Below are positions 28,402-38,299 of a stretch of DNA of 64,000 nucleotides, in pieces; position 1 is the first letter of the stretch; the number at the start of each line of letters is the position of its first letter. A model generated the notes under the pieces. It had not been told where the DNA came from and did not search any database. It was given only the letters and a program-made list of their open reading frames with translations. A program made the position numbers and the translations under genes. The DNA is from Bacilli bacterium (lineage in GTDB: Bacteria > Bacillota_I > Bacilli_A > RFN20 > CAG-826), in the NCBI GenBank assembly GCA_017468925.1, contig JAFUHI010000009.1, forward strand, positions 360,820-424,819, given 5' to 3'.

Positions 28402-30867
28402 ATGAGGAAACCGGTCTTTTTATTGTCGTTATCATGTTTGCTGGGGGTGATTTCATCGTGCGGAGGAAATGGCGGAGAGCAAAACGAATCATCTGTCTTT
28501 TCGACATGGACAACCTATTCGACTTCAAAAATCATTCAGCAGACCTACAACAACAATAATTACATAAATACCGGGGATGCAGTGAAGATAAAGATGATGA
28601 GGGATGAATATGAATCTAGCCAACTCATCATCACTTCCGAGGGCAGGCAGTCCTTCGATTTGATTAAAGGGGATTTAATTGATGAGGCGACTGGGAATAC
28701 AATTCCCCAGGAAAACATTGAGATATATGTTCAGAAATACATTGAGCTAGAGCTCAATATGCATTCAAGCAACAACCCTCTATTTGTCGGCGGCGATATG
28801 ATTCCTGATATGCTCCTCCCGCTAGAATACGCGAAGAGCAGCGGAGAGAATTTCACCAAAGCCAATTCAAATCAAGGAATAACCATTGAAATAAGCTCAT
28901 ATGGCCTCCCAGCAGGCGTTTATAAAGGCGAGTTCACTTTGAAAGTGGGCGAGATATCCAAGCAAATCCCCATTGAAGTCACGATTTGGGATATTCTCCT
29001 CGAAGGGAAAAGCACCATCCAATCTTGCTGGCTAATATATTCGATGTATATGCTTACTGGTGAGTATGATGCGAGTGAGAAAATGCTTGATACTTACGCC
29101 GATTTCCTTTCCAAATACAAAGCGAATCCATACATTATCCAAGAAGATGTCATGAATTCGCCGGAAGCTTTGATGCAAGACGTGAAGAGGATGTGGAACA
29201 TAAAGAATTACAATTCCATAACCATTCCTTATGATTTTCCTTTGACATATGATGCATCGACTGCGCAAGGCGATAGAGCCGCAAGCTATATCGTCAAATT
29301 GGCGGAGGAATCGACAGAGGAGAATTTCTATCTCGATTATGCCTTGTTTTATCCTTCGACTTATGATGAAGCGGATGTAATCGCACCGAAAAAGGCGGCA
29401 TCACCTGCATTCTTTAAGGAGGGAGGAAGCTACCAGCAAACGTTAGAAAAAGCCATTCGAATGCTTGAGAACAAAGGTTATTTCGCCACCAAGAGCAACG
29501 AATGGAATGAAAGGGTGAAGAAGGCTATCAGAGCCATCCCCGATGTATTCACAAATGTTAATCTTGCAGAAGGATGGGTCAAGGAATATCCGGCCACATT
29601 CTGCCCTCAGATTAATGTTTTGGACTATAAAAAATACCAGGAATTATACAAAGATTACGCGAATAAAAACGTCAACGGTGATTTCTGGACTTATACATGT
29701 TGTTCCCCGAATTATCCATATCCATCGCATCATTTGGATGATGATTGCTTGTCCATGAGAATCATGGGGTGGATGGAGAAGGCATTCGATATCAATGGAT
29801 ATCTCTTCTTTATGGCGAATATGTACACGACCGAAAAAAGAAACAACGAGTACACAACCCCATATGTGATCGCCAATAGAAACGATTCCGCAAATGGCGA
29901 TGGATTCATCATGTACCCAGGAAGGCCATATGGTTCTCCAACCCCATTCCCAAGCATGAGATTGGTGACATATCGCGATGGGCTAGAAGACTATGATATG
30001 CTTGAGGTTTTCGAAAGGAAAATCGAGGCAATGAAAGATAAATATGGCATTGATGACCTTGATTCAAAAGAATATGTGAAAGATATCTATGACACTTTAT
30101 TCAATAATTCAGTGCCGACCGAAGAGCATGCAAAAGTGTACGAAGCCAGAGAAGAATTGGCGAAACGCATACTCAATTTCGATAACGAAGACGATTTGTT
30201 TACATACGCTAAAAACGACGATGGGGTGTTTAATCTATACATTCATACAAATAGCCCGACTTTGAAAATCCAAGGGAGCCAAGTAAGCGGAACCCTTCTT
30301 TCCGAAGCGAGGTATCGCTACATCATCCCTTTGAATGAGACAAAGGAAAATATCAGCATTGTCACCGATAAAGGGAATGTTTACGAATACGCTAACCGCG
30401 GATATAAGAACATAACGAATTTCATGCCTGATTATGATGGAGCGAAACTTTCAAAAAATTCTTCATTTGTCGCCGAAACAGGCAGGATTCACGCGAATAT
30501 TGAGTCGGTGAGAGAAGAAACCATCAGCAAGACGATTCGCTTCGTTCCGTCCATTTCCTTTGAGGGATTGGAATTAGAAGGCGCCAAGAAACTGAAATTC
30601 AATTATTCCAATCCTTCATCCATAGAGAATCTGACATTTGATGTTGACTTGGTCGGCAAAACCAAAACAGTCACAATCGCGGATCATTTTTGCATGAGTG
30701 GAGTCTCCAAAAGCATGGAGATCGACCTAAGCAAAGTCAACATGGATCTATCTGACGTGAAGAGTCTTAGATTCAGCTTCGTCAATTATTATTTCGATTC
30801 GAATGAAGAAATGCAGCTATTCAACACTAGAGAGATTGAATTGGGGGACATTTTCGCATCTTATTGA
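28402..30867 (+). CDS. DUF4091/GH123-like glycoside hydrolase lipoprotein
   Basis: Lipobox ISSC; DEYES.Q, WTYTC, NGDGFIMYPG, PSMRLVTYRDGLEDYDML. Confidence 0.75.
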   Translation: MRKPVFLLSLSCLLGVISSCGGNGGEQNESSVFSTWTTYSTSKIIQQTYNNNNYINTGDAVKIKMMRDEYESSQLIITSEGRQSFDLIKGDLIDEATGNTIPQENIEIYVQKYIELELNMHSSNNPLFVGGDMIPDMLLPLEYAKSSGENFTKANSNQGITIEISSYGLPAGVYKGEFTLKVGEISKQIPIEVTIWDILLEGKSTIQSCWLIYSMYMLTGEYDASEKMLDTYADFLSKYKANPYIIQEDVMNSPEALMQDVKRMWNIKNYNSITIPYDFPLTYDASTAQGDRAASYIVKLAEESTEENFYLDYALFYPSTYDEADVIAPKKAASPAFFKEGGSYQQTLEKAIRMLENKGYFATKSNEWNERVKKAIRAIPDVFTNVNLAEGWVKEYPATFCPQINVLDYKKYQELYKDYANKNVNGDFWTYTCCSPNYPYPSHHLDDDCLSMRIMGWMEKAFDINGYLFFMANMYTTEKRNNEYTTPYVIANRNDSANGDGFIMYPGRPYGSPTPFPSMRLVTYRDGLEDYDMLEVFERKIEAMKDKYGIDDLDSKEYVKDIYDTLFNNSVPTEEHAKVYEAREELAKRILNFDNEDDLFTYAKNDDGVFNLYIHTNSPTLKIQGSQVSGTLLSEARYRYIIPLNETKENISIVTDKGNVYEYANRGYKNITNFMPDYDGAKLSKNSSFVAETGRIHANIESVREETISKTIRFVPSISFEGLELEGAKKLKFNYSNPSSIENLTFDVDLVGKTKTVTIADHFCMSGVSKSMEIDLSKVNMDLSDVKSLRFSFVNYYFDSNEEMQLFNTREIELGDIFASY

Positions 30868-30878
30868 GGGGAGGAATT

Positions 30879-32837
30879 ATGAGAAAGAAAGCGTATTTAT
30901 TCATGCTGCCGTTCCTTCTTTTGGCAGGATGCACTCAACAAGAAGAAGCTAAAAAGGATGATAGGACCGAGGTCCTTATAAACGATTTCGAGACTATCGA
31001 GCAACTCACCCTTATGAAGTTCCCTCATCCGAAGCATTCAGACCGCGGGAAAATGGAATTGGTGAATGAGCATGCCACAAGCGGAGAGAAGTCTTTGAAA
31101 TATTCAAATGACCATGGAAAATATTTGGAAGTCTGTCACTATTTTGACCATATTGTCGGAGGGGATATCGACATCTCAAACATCAAATCGATTGATGTGG
31201 ATATTTTCAATGCCTCGGATTTTGATACAACTTGCACATTTTCAATCTATGCCACAAAAGAAATGACCGTTTTGCTTTCTAGCAATTTTGAATTAAAAGC
31301 AGACGAATTAACCCATGTCTCTATGCCTTTAAGCAAGCTCGCTTTGGAATTCAATTACGAATCTATCATCTGCACCTCGCTTACCTTGTATATGCCAAAT
31401 ACAGATTACAATAGAGGAATCGGCTATACCTTCTATGTCGACAACTGGAAGGCGTATATGGGAAGCGAATACACCGAAGATGACTTGGAAAATAAGCCGA
31501 AAATAGAGACCATTCAGGAGAAAATCGAAGCGCTGCCCAGGAGTGAAGATATAACTTTGCTTAACAAAGATGCTTTGAAAGAAATAGCGGACCTTTTGTC
31601 TCCTTTGCCAGATTTATATCGTAGAGTAGTTCCTAATATCGCTAAATATTCCGCCTCAATTGAAACATATTATTCACTCATTGAAGCGGATAGAGTCATT
31701 GATTACGATAAGGATATTTTCATCAATTTCGATGAATTCTACGGCTCCGCTCAACTTATACCATTCGCCGAAACAAAAGCCGATGTATTCTATTCAAACG
31801 ATGAATGGGAAGGAAAGGAAAATGGAGTGGGATCAACAAAGATAGTGTTCGACGGCACAACTGACAATACTTTTACTTACAAAAGCTCCCTCAATTTCAA
31901 CGATTTCGATTTTGTTGAGTTCAAAATACATAACTCATCTCCAAACTACGTAAGAATTTGGCTATCTTATGACAATGAGATTTTCATCGATATCGCGCCT
32001 AATGATACGGCAAAAGCCAAATTCAACGCGCCTTTGCTAAATAAGCAAAATTATTGGGCGATCCATCACCTAAGAAGTTTATCCGATTCGACTATCATAA
32101 GCGCGACTGGCGCTATATATCTATCAAAAGTGGTGGCGACAGGTAGAAGCCAAGAAACCCTTACCAAGCAAATGAAATACGCTTTTAATCGCTTGCCTTC
32201 CGTTCAATCGCTAGTTAACGAGGATGACTTCTTATCCGTCATAACCACAGTAGCAACAGCTAGATATCTATACGGTCTTGTCCTTGATAAATCAGTCGTG
32301 GAAAGAGAAAAAGTCGAGTTGCTAGTCGCTTTGGAAGAGAAAATAGAATCAAGCGGCTATGGCTTGGCGTATAACGCATATGATGGCGCCATGATGAGAT
32401 TTTCCTCGTACGGAGAGGATTTCAGTGCCGCTTTCGCCATCGAAAACGAAACTTTTGGCTATGTCAATAACGCAACAATAACCAAAGTGCCAGATCATAA
32501 AGATAATCCAAATCTTCACGAACAAGCCTTCACTTTCGCCGGGGAAGTAACGCCAAATGAAGAGGTGGCAGGATATGTTTTGTTGGTCAACAACCCAACG
32601 GAATACACCTTTAATCTAATCGTTAGAAGCACCGACTGGGATTGGGGCACTCATTCTAAATATTTCACCACCATGGAATTGAAACCAGGATGGAATAAGG
32701 TCAATATCAAAACCGCATTGCTATATTGCTCTGATGATCGGAAAGTATCTTTATTTGTCTCTGATGGCGGAATGGATTTGGATATGAGTGGGGTTTGGCA
32801 ATTCTCATCGTTATTTGCAGTCCCAAGAGCGATATAA
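30879..32837 (+). CDS. Hypothetical lipoprotein with carbohydrate-binding-like beta domains and helical spacers
   Basis: Lipobox LAGC; INDFE...HATSGEKSLK...YVDN CBM-like pattern. Confidence 0.75.
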   Translation: MRKKAYLFMLPFLLLAGCTQQEEAKKDDRTEVLINDFETIEQLTLMKFPHPKHSDRGKMELVNEHATSGEKSLKYSNDHGKYLEVCHYFDHIVGGDIDISNIKSIDVDIFNASDFDTTCTFSIYATKEMTVLLSSNFELKADELTHVSMPLSKLALEFNYESIICTSLTLYMPNTDYNRGIGYTFYVDNWKAYMGSEYTEDDLENKPKIETIQEKIEALPRSEDITLLNKDALKEIADLLSPLPDLYRRVVPNIAKYSASIETYYSLIEADRVIDYDKDIFINFDEFYGSAQLIPFAETKADVFYSNDEWEGKENGVGSTKIVFDGTTDNTFTYKSSLNFNDFDFVEFKIHNSSPNYVRIWLSYDNEIFIDIAPNDTAKAKFNAPLLNKQNYWAIHHLRSLSDSTIISATGAIYLSKVVATGRSQETLTKQMKYAFNRLPSVQSLVNEDDFLSVITTVATARYLYGLVLDKSVVEREKVELLVALEEKIESSGYGLAYNAYDGAMMRFSSYGEDFSAAFAIENETFGYVNNATITKVPDHKDNPNLHEQAFTFAGEVTPNEEVAGYVLLVNNPTEYTFNLIVRSTDWDWGTHSKYFTTMELKPGWNKVNIKTALLYCSDDRKVSLFVSDGGMDLDMSGVWQFSSLFAVPRAI

Positions 32838-32844
32838 TTAATTC

Positions 32845-33579
32845 ATGCCATCGATCAAGCTTGAGAACTTGAATTTCAGTTTCGAAAAGAAAAAGGCAAA
32901 GACCGTTGTTTTAAATGATGTTTCGATTGAATTCGAATCTAATAAGATCCATGTTATTTTAGGACAATCTGGATGTGGAAAAACCACGTTGCTCAAATGC
33001 ATAAATGGATTATATGATTACGAAGGCCATATTTATTTCGATGATATCTTAATGGATCAAGTCCCGCCAAAAGATAGGATGATAGGTTATGTCAGCCAGG
33101 AGTTTGGCTTATTTCCACATTTTTCTTTATTCAAGTCGATTAGTTACCCTCTTCTAATTAGTGGGACCGATGCTGATGAGATTAGAAGAAGAACAGACGA
33201 GATTTGCGAGGTTTTAGGCATAAAAGAGCTGCTTTCTCGCAAACCGAAGCAAGTTTCCTTGGGCGAAGAACAAAGAGCGGCGATAGCAAGAGCTTTGATC
33301 AAAAGGCCTCCAATTTGCCTATTTGATGAACCGCTTAGCAACGTTGATGAATCATCTAGAGCCAAAATCAGAGCAAAAATAAGAGACATGATCCATGAAT
33401 ACAACTGCACAGCGATATATGTGACTCATGATTTATCAGAAGCTACTTCAATAGCGGATTATATATACCTTTTGGGGAAGGGTGGATTTATTGCAAAAGG
33501 CACTGCGAAGGAAATGGTGGAAAGCAATAAATCAGAGGTTAAGGAATTTTTTGACACGCTAAAAAATGAAACGCTTTGA
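32845..33579 (+). CDS. ABC transporter ATP-binding protein (MalK/MsmX-like, short)
   Basis: GQSGCGKTT, LFDEPLSN, YVTHD; signature reads VSLGE. Confidence 0.9.
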   Translation: MPSIKLENLNFSFEKKKAKTVVLNDVSIEFESNKIHVILGQSGCGKTTLLKCINGLYDYEGHIYFDDILMDQVPPKDRMIGYVSQEFGLFPHFSLFKSISYPLLISGTDADEIRRRTDEICEVLGIKELLSRKPKQVSLGEEQRAAIARALIKRPPICLFDEPLSNVDESSRAKIRAKIRDMIHEYNCTAIYVTHDLSEATSIADYIYLLGKGGFIAKGTAKEMVESNKSEVKEFFDTLKNETL

Positions 33580-34048
33580 TTACGAGAAAATATTAGAGAA
33601 CAACTTGAGGGCGTATAGAAGGTCCGTTGTTTTCTTGGTCGCATCTTCTGTCGTTTATGTTGCATGCTTTATTCTCGCCATATTCTTATCGAATTATGAA
33701 AACAGGGCGTTAATGATGGTTGTTTTCTCCATCATTCTTTCCCTGATTGGGATTGAAATAGTTGGAATAATAATCTATGGCCTATTAGAGAATAGAAGGA
33801 AGATGAAGCAAATAAATCTGATTTTCAGCTCATATCTGGAGCCTTTAGAAGGCGAGATAGTGGAGATAAAAGGGTTAATAAATTCCTCAATTGGGAGAAG
33901 AGGTCATGAAATCATAATCAAGAATGATTCACTTAGGAGTGTTTTATATGATCCTTCTTTTGGCGAAAACCCATTTAGAGTCGGCGATAAAGTCAAGATT
34001 GAGATCAGCGAGTCATTCATAGTCAAATATGAGGTGGAAAATGCGTAA
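33566..34048 (+). CDS. Hypothetical membrane protein (2 TM)
   Basis: Two hydrophobic helices; overlaps neighbouring operon genes. Confidence 0.7.
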   Translation: MKRFDYEKILENNLRAYRRSVVFLVASSVVYVACFILAIFLSNYENRALMMVVFSIILSLIGIEIVGIIIYGLLENRRKMKQINLIFSSYLEPLEGEIVEIKGLINSSIGRRGHEIIIKNDSLRSVLYDPSFGENPFRVGDKVKIEISESFIVKYEVENA

Positions 34049-34640
34049 TCTATTCTCTAAATGGTATTTATATCTTTTATCTGCGGTGGTATCCACTGTC
34101 GCAATATGCTTATCGATATCTTTTAAAACCGCACCGAAAGATCACGAGAGAATTGATATATTCATTGGTGCTTTGGAAATGAAAACGTCGCAATTTGATA
34201 GAGATATTGACGAAAAAAAGCCAGATGGAATAAAGAAGGTCGAGACAAGATTTATTGCGAAAACCGCCAATAATTTCTCATATTTGTTTTTCTCTTTGAG
34301 AAGTGAGATGGATTTTTATATCCTTCCTTTGGATTTTGTTGAGGAAAATAAGGGCGACGTTGTGAATTACTCTTCGAACATCAAAATAGATTATCTAGAA
34401 AAAGAACTGGGAAGACACTTCGATTATTATTATGACGATGAAAATAGGCCAAAAGGGTTCAAAATCTATGATTGCAAGAAGGAAGAGGGGATATTGGGTA
34501 ATTACATCACCTATTCAAACGATGAAGAAAGGAATGACTATTATTTATTTTTCTCATTCAAGACCAAAAACATTGGCGAGATGAATGGTGGAGGAAGCAC
34601 TGGTGCGTTTAAAGTGATAGATGTGCTATTTAATTTATGA
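34041..34640 (+). CDS. Hypothetical membrane-anchored protein
   Basis: N-terminal TM; ATG 34041 after GAGGTGG; operonic. Confidence 0.7.
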   Translation: MRNLFSKWYLYLLSAVVSTVAICLSISFKTAPKDHERIDIFIGALEMKTSQFDRDIDEKKPDGIKKVETRFIAKTANNFSYLFFSLRSEMDFYILPLDFVEENKGDVVNYSSNIKIDYLEKELGRHFDYYYDDENRPKGFKIYDCKKEEGILGNYITYSNDEERNDYYLFFSFKTKNIGEMNGGGSTGAFKVIDVLFNL

Positions 34641-35473
34641 GAAGAAATGATAGAAATCGTTCTGGATTTGAGTCTCTTCCAAAGAATTATAGGGAATTAT
34701 TTTTCGACACGCTTAAACAGAATTGGAGAACGTTCTTTTTGGTTGGGTTGATATCTTTGCTATTTTTTCTCCCGACCTTGGTTTTCATGTTTTTGAACGA
34801 CTACTATTTTTTAAGCATTTCATCTAATGAGTCATATACGTTAGCTGAAGTGGACGCTTTAAGGATAACATCCGCAAATTACTTTAATATCGGTGCTTCA
34901 GTCGGAATTGTGATAGCGTGCATAGGGATATCGGGCTTATCTAGGGTAAATCTATTTCTTTCTAGAGAAGAGGGTGTCTTCTTTTTCCAAGATTTCAATA
35001 AGGGAGTGAAGCAAAACACCAAAAATAACATTGTTTTCTTTATTATTTACGCAATTCTCATTTATTTTTCGTTTTTCGTTACTAACAACATCGCTGGTAA
35101 TATGTTTCTTTTGTTTATGCCATTCGCGTTGGTGCAGACAATCTTCTTCCCATTGCTATTGATTAATGTGGAAACCACATCGATTTATTCTTGGTTAATC
35201 AAGGATTCTTTCCGCAACGCCTTTATTATTTACATAAAGAACTTTGTTTTTGTTCTAATTTTCTCGACATTATTCACATCAATATTGTTGTTAAACCTGA
35301 TTCAGCATATCGTCATAAAGTACATCTCGTTTGTTCTTTTCATTGTGATAATCTATCCGCTGCTTGCTATTTCGTTCAGAGTTTTTATGAATAGGGCGTT
35401 GGATAGAGACATAAACAAGAAAAATTATCCCGAGATTTATAAGAAGGGGATATATACCGAAGAAAGCAAATAA
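34637..35473 (+). CDS. YesL/DUF624-like membrane protein (sugar-ABC associated)
   Basis: Multi-TM; FFQDF.KGVKQN and FRNAF patterns. Confidence 0.6.
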   Translation: MRRNDRNRSGFESLPKNYRELFFDTLKQNWRTFFLVGLISLLFFLPTLVFMFLNDYYFLSISSNESYTLAEVDALRITSANYFNIGASVGIVIACIGISGLSRVNLFLSREEGVFFFQDFNKGVKQNTKNNIVFFIIYAILIYFSFFVTNNIAGNMFLLFMPFALVQTIFFPLLLINVETTSIYSWLIKDSFRNAFIIYIKNFVFVLIFSTLFTSILLLNLIQHIVIKYISFVLFIVIIYPLLAISFRVFMNRALDRDINKKNYPEIYKKGIYTEESK

Positions 35474-35514
35474 TAATCATATGATTTGTGTTAATTTTTG
35501 ATATAATTATTTTA

Positions 35515-36630
35515 ATGATAAATTATATTGAAAATCACACAGATTCGCAGAAGAGCTTTCGCACAATTTTTTCTTTTATAGTAAAGAAAGGCAAGACCAC
35601 AAGAAGAGAGATTCAAAAGGGCACTAATTATTCTTGGAGCAGCGTTTCCGGAGTGGTATCTGTGCTTTTAAATAACAATTTGGTAATCGAAACGGACCCA
35701 GTAATAAGCGGAGTAGGAAGAGGGACATCATACATTGTTCCAAACGGAGATAGATTTGTATCCATCGGCTTAGATATTAATTCGACAGGGTTCACCTCCT
35801 CTGTGGTTGGCGTCGATGGCAGCATTAAATATAAAAATATGCGTCCATACTTGGGGGACACGAAAGAATATGTCTTGGATTTGATGTTTAAATTGATTGA
35901 CGATTGCCTGGCTTTTGCGAAGGATAAATACAATGTTGCCTCTATTGGTGTTTCTTGTCAGGGAACCGTAATAAACCACTCGATTTACAAAAGATTCGTA
36001 TTCGCAAAAGATTTCATGTACTGCAACATAAAAGAGATAATTGAAAAGAAATATGGGATATTTACCTATTTAGAACACGATACGAACTGTCTGCTTGAGG
36101 ATTATCTTTTCAATCATAACGAAGGCTATGTGTCCGTTTGCGTTGCTCGAATTGTCTCTGGTCTTGGGTTTGCTATTTCTTCAAACGGCCAATCTTTGGA
36201 AATGTTCGGCCCCATTGATTTCGGACATATGATAGTGCAACCAAGAGATGGCGACAAATGCTTATGTGGGATGAATGGGTGTTTAGAAGCGTATGTTTCT
36301 TCTGTTGGAATCGCTAGGAGAGCGGGTGTCGAAGATTTTTCGATAATAGAGAAAAACAGGGACAAATATAGGAACATCCTGGATGAGGCTGGATTTTATT
36401 TGGGTGTTGCTTTAGCAAACCTTAGTCACATATTTTCCCTTGACGGGGTTGTGATGACAGGCCACGTCATCGGAAACGATGAGACGATGCTCAAGCAAAT
36501 TATTAAATACAACAACGAGTTTAGTGGCGAAGAAAGAGCGGAGATCAAATACCTGCCAAATCTTTCTCCTTCTTTCGGCGCTGCAAGATTATCGTTTATA
36601 GAAAAGGTTGATAAAGAAGGCGCATTTTAA
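35515..36630 (+). CDS. ROK-family transcriptional regulator
   Basis: N-terminal wHTH, GVGR, IGLDI, DFGHM, CLCGMNGCLEAY, FGAA. Confidence 0.9.
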   Translation: MINYIENHTDSQKSFRTIFSFIVKKGKTTRREIQKGTNYSWSSVSGVVSVLLNNNLVIETDPVISGVGRGTSYIVPNGDRFVSIGLDINSTGFTSSVVGVDGSIKYKNMRPYLGDTKEYVLDLMFKLIDDCLAFAKDKYNVASIGVSCQGTVINHSIYKRFVFAKDFMYCNIKEIIEKKYGIFTYLEHDTNCLLEDYLFNHNEGYVSVCVARIVSGLGFAISSNGQSLEMFGPIDFGHMIVQPRDGDKCLCGMNGCLEAYVSSVGIARRAGVEDFSIIEKNRDKYRNILDEAGFYLGVALANLSHIFSLDGVVMTGHVIGNDETMLKQIIKYNNEFSGEERAEIKYLPNLSPSFGAARLSFIEKVDKEGAF

Positions 36631-38162
36631 TGCAAATATATTTTAACACGCCAAAATATGTATTATTGAGCATCGATGGCAAAAATCCATGCAAATTACG
36701 CATGGAAGATGGAGAAGCTTCATTTGATGACGTTGAAATTAAGTTAAAAAATAATTGCATTTTTCTTAAAGCGACCTCCTCGTTGGTGTCACATATATAT
36801 CTCGCTTACGACTCCGATTTTGGCGATAGCCATCTGTTTCTAGGTGATAGTTTCGAAAGAGGCTATGGAGATATGGGATGGAAAAAGAAAGAGGAAACAA
36901 AACAAATGTTTTGGTATTTTTTCGCCGACGATAAAAAGACAAATAATCTAAGCGCTTTTGGGGTTGGTGTTCAGCCAAATTCGATAGTCTCTTATAAAAT
37001 AAAAAATAACGAGATCATTGTTGATGTTAATGTTCAATCAGGCGGAAGTGGGGTGAATCTCGAAGGAAGGATGTTAAAAGCCGCCACATTTTTCTCAAAG
37101 GAATACCATTCCGGAAAAACTGAAGATAATTGTAGAGAATTTCTTTCTTTGCTTATGGGGTATATTAGGCCACTCAAGACCAAAACCCCCGTATATGGTT
37201 TCAACAACTGGTATTATGCCTATGGGGAATCAAGCTATCAGCAAATAATCAAAGATACGAAGCTATTATGCGAATTGAGTTATGGAATAAAAAACAGGCC
37301 ATATATGGTGATTGATGATGGTTGGTCAATCAATCCATGTTCTGGCCCGTGGATGCCAAACGAGAAATTTAAAGATATGAAGGCGTTATCGGACGAAATC
37401 AAATCATACAATGTTATTCCTGGCATTTGGTTTAGACCACTAAAGGACCTATCTTCACAATTCGAAAACGCTAGACACCCGCTCAACCACGAATGGCTTG
37501 ACCCAACTAGCGAAGAAGTCCTACAGAAAATAAAAAAGGATGTAGAGAGATTTGTGGGATGGGGATATAGATTGATTAAATTTGATTTCGTCACAGTTGA
37601 TATTTATACAAAATATGGTTTTCAGATGGATGATAGTTTGACCACTCAAGGATGGAAATATTTGGATAACCATCACACCAACGCTGAAATAATCATGAAT
37701 TTGTATAAAGTTATTAGAAACGCTGCGGGCGATTGTGTACTTATAGGCTGCAATTCTATTCCGCATTTATGCGCAGGCATGGTTGAGATAAATCGTATTG
37801 GTGATGATATATCCGGTTTTGAGTGGGAAAGAGTGAAGAAATACGGGGTTAATTCCCTTGCATTTAGATTGATCCAAAACAAAGTGTTTTATGACATAGA
37901 TGCAGATTGCGTTGGAATAATGGGCAAAATTGATTGGAAAAAGAATCGGCAATGGCTGGATGTTCTTTCTAAATCCGGCTCACCATTATTCGTCTCTTGC
38001 GACCCTGATGAGGCAACCGAAGAAATTAAGAAAGACATCAAAGAAGCTTTTTCAATCAATTCAAGCCAAAAACATGCGTATTTTCCTCTCGATTGGCAGA
38101 CCAGTTTCATTCCAAAAGAATGGGCGGATGAAAAAGAAAGAGACATTTATGATTGGAATTGA
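36630..38162 (+). CDS. Glycoside hydrolase family 36 (alpha-galactosidase/alpha-GalNAcase-like)
   Basis: GFNNWY, VIDDGW, IKFDF (nucleophile), RIGDD (acid/base). Confidence 0.85.
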   Translation: MQIYFNTPKYVLLSIDGKNPCKLRMEDGEASFDDVEIKLKNNCIFLKATSSLVSHIYLAYDSDFGDSHLFLGDSFERGYGDMGWKKKEETKQMFWYFFADDKKTNNLSAFGVGVQPNSIVSYKIKNNEIIVDVNVQSGGSGVNLEGRMLKAATFFSKEYHSGKTEDNCREFLSLLMGYIRPLKTKTPVYGFNNWYYAYGESSYQQIIKDTKLLCELSYGIKNRPYMVIDDGWSINPCSGPWMPNEKFKDMKALSDEIKSYNVIPGIWFRPLKDLSSQFENARHPLNHEWLDPTSEEVLQKIKKDVERFVGWGYRLIKFDFVTVDIYTKYGFQMDDSLTTQGWKYLDNHHTNAEIIMNLYKVIRNAAGDCVLIGCNSIPHLCAGMVEINRIGDDISGFEWERVKKYGVNSLAFRLIQNKVFYDIDADCVGIMGKIDWKKNRQWLDVLSKSGSPLFVSCDPDEATEEIKKDIKEAFSINSSQKHAYFPLDWQTSFIPKEWADEKERDIYDWN

Positions 38163-38299
38163 TTTATTAATATTGGAGATAAATCGCAATTAATAATATT
38201 AAAATATTATTATTACTATATTAATGAATGAGAAAAGACAAATTTGCAAAATAACAACGTTTTATTTTGTTATAAAATAAACATATAAGGAAATTGTTT

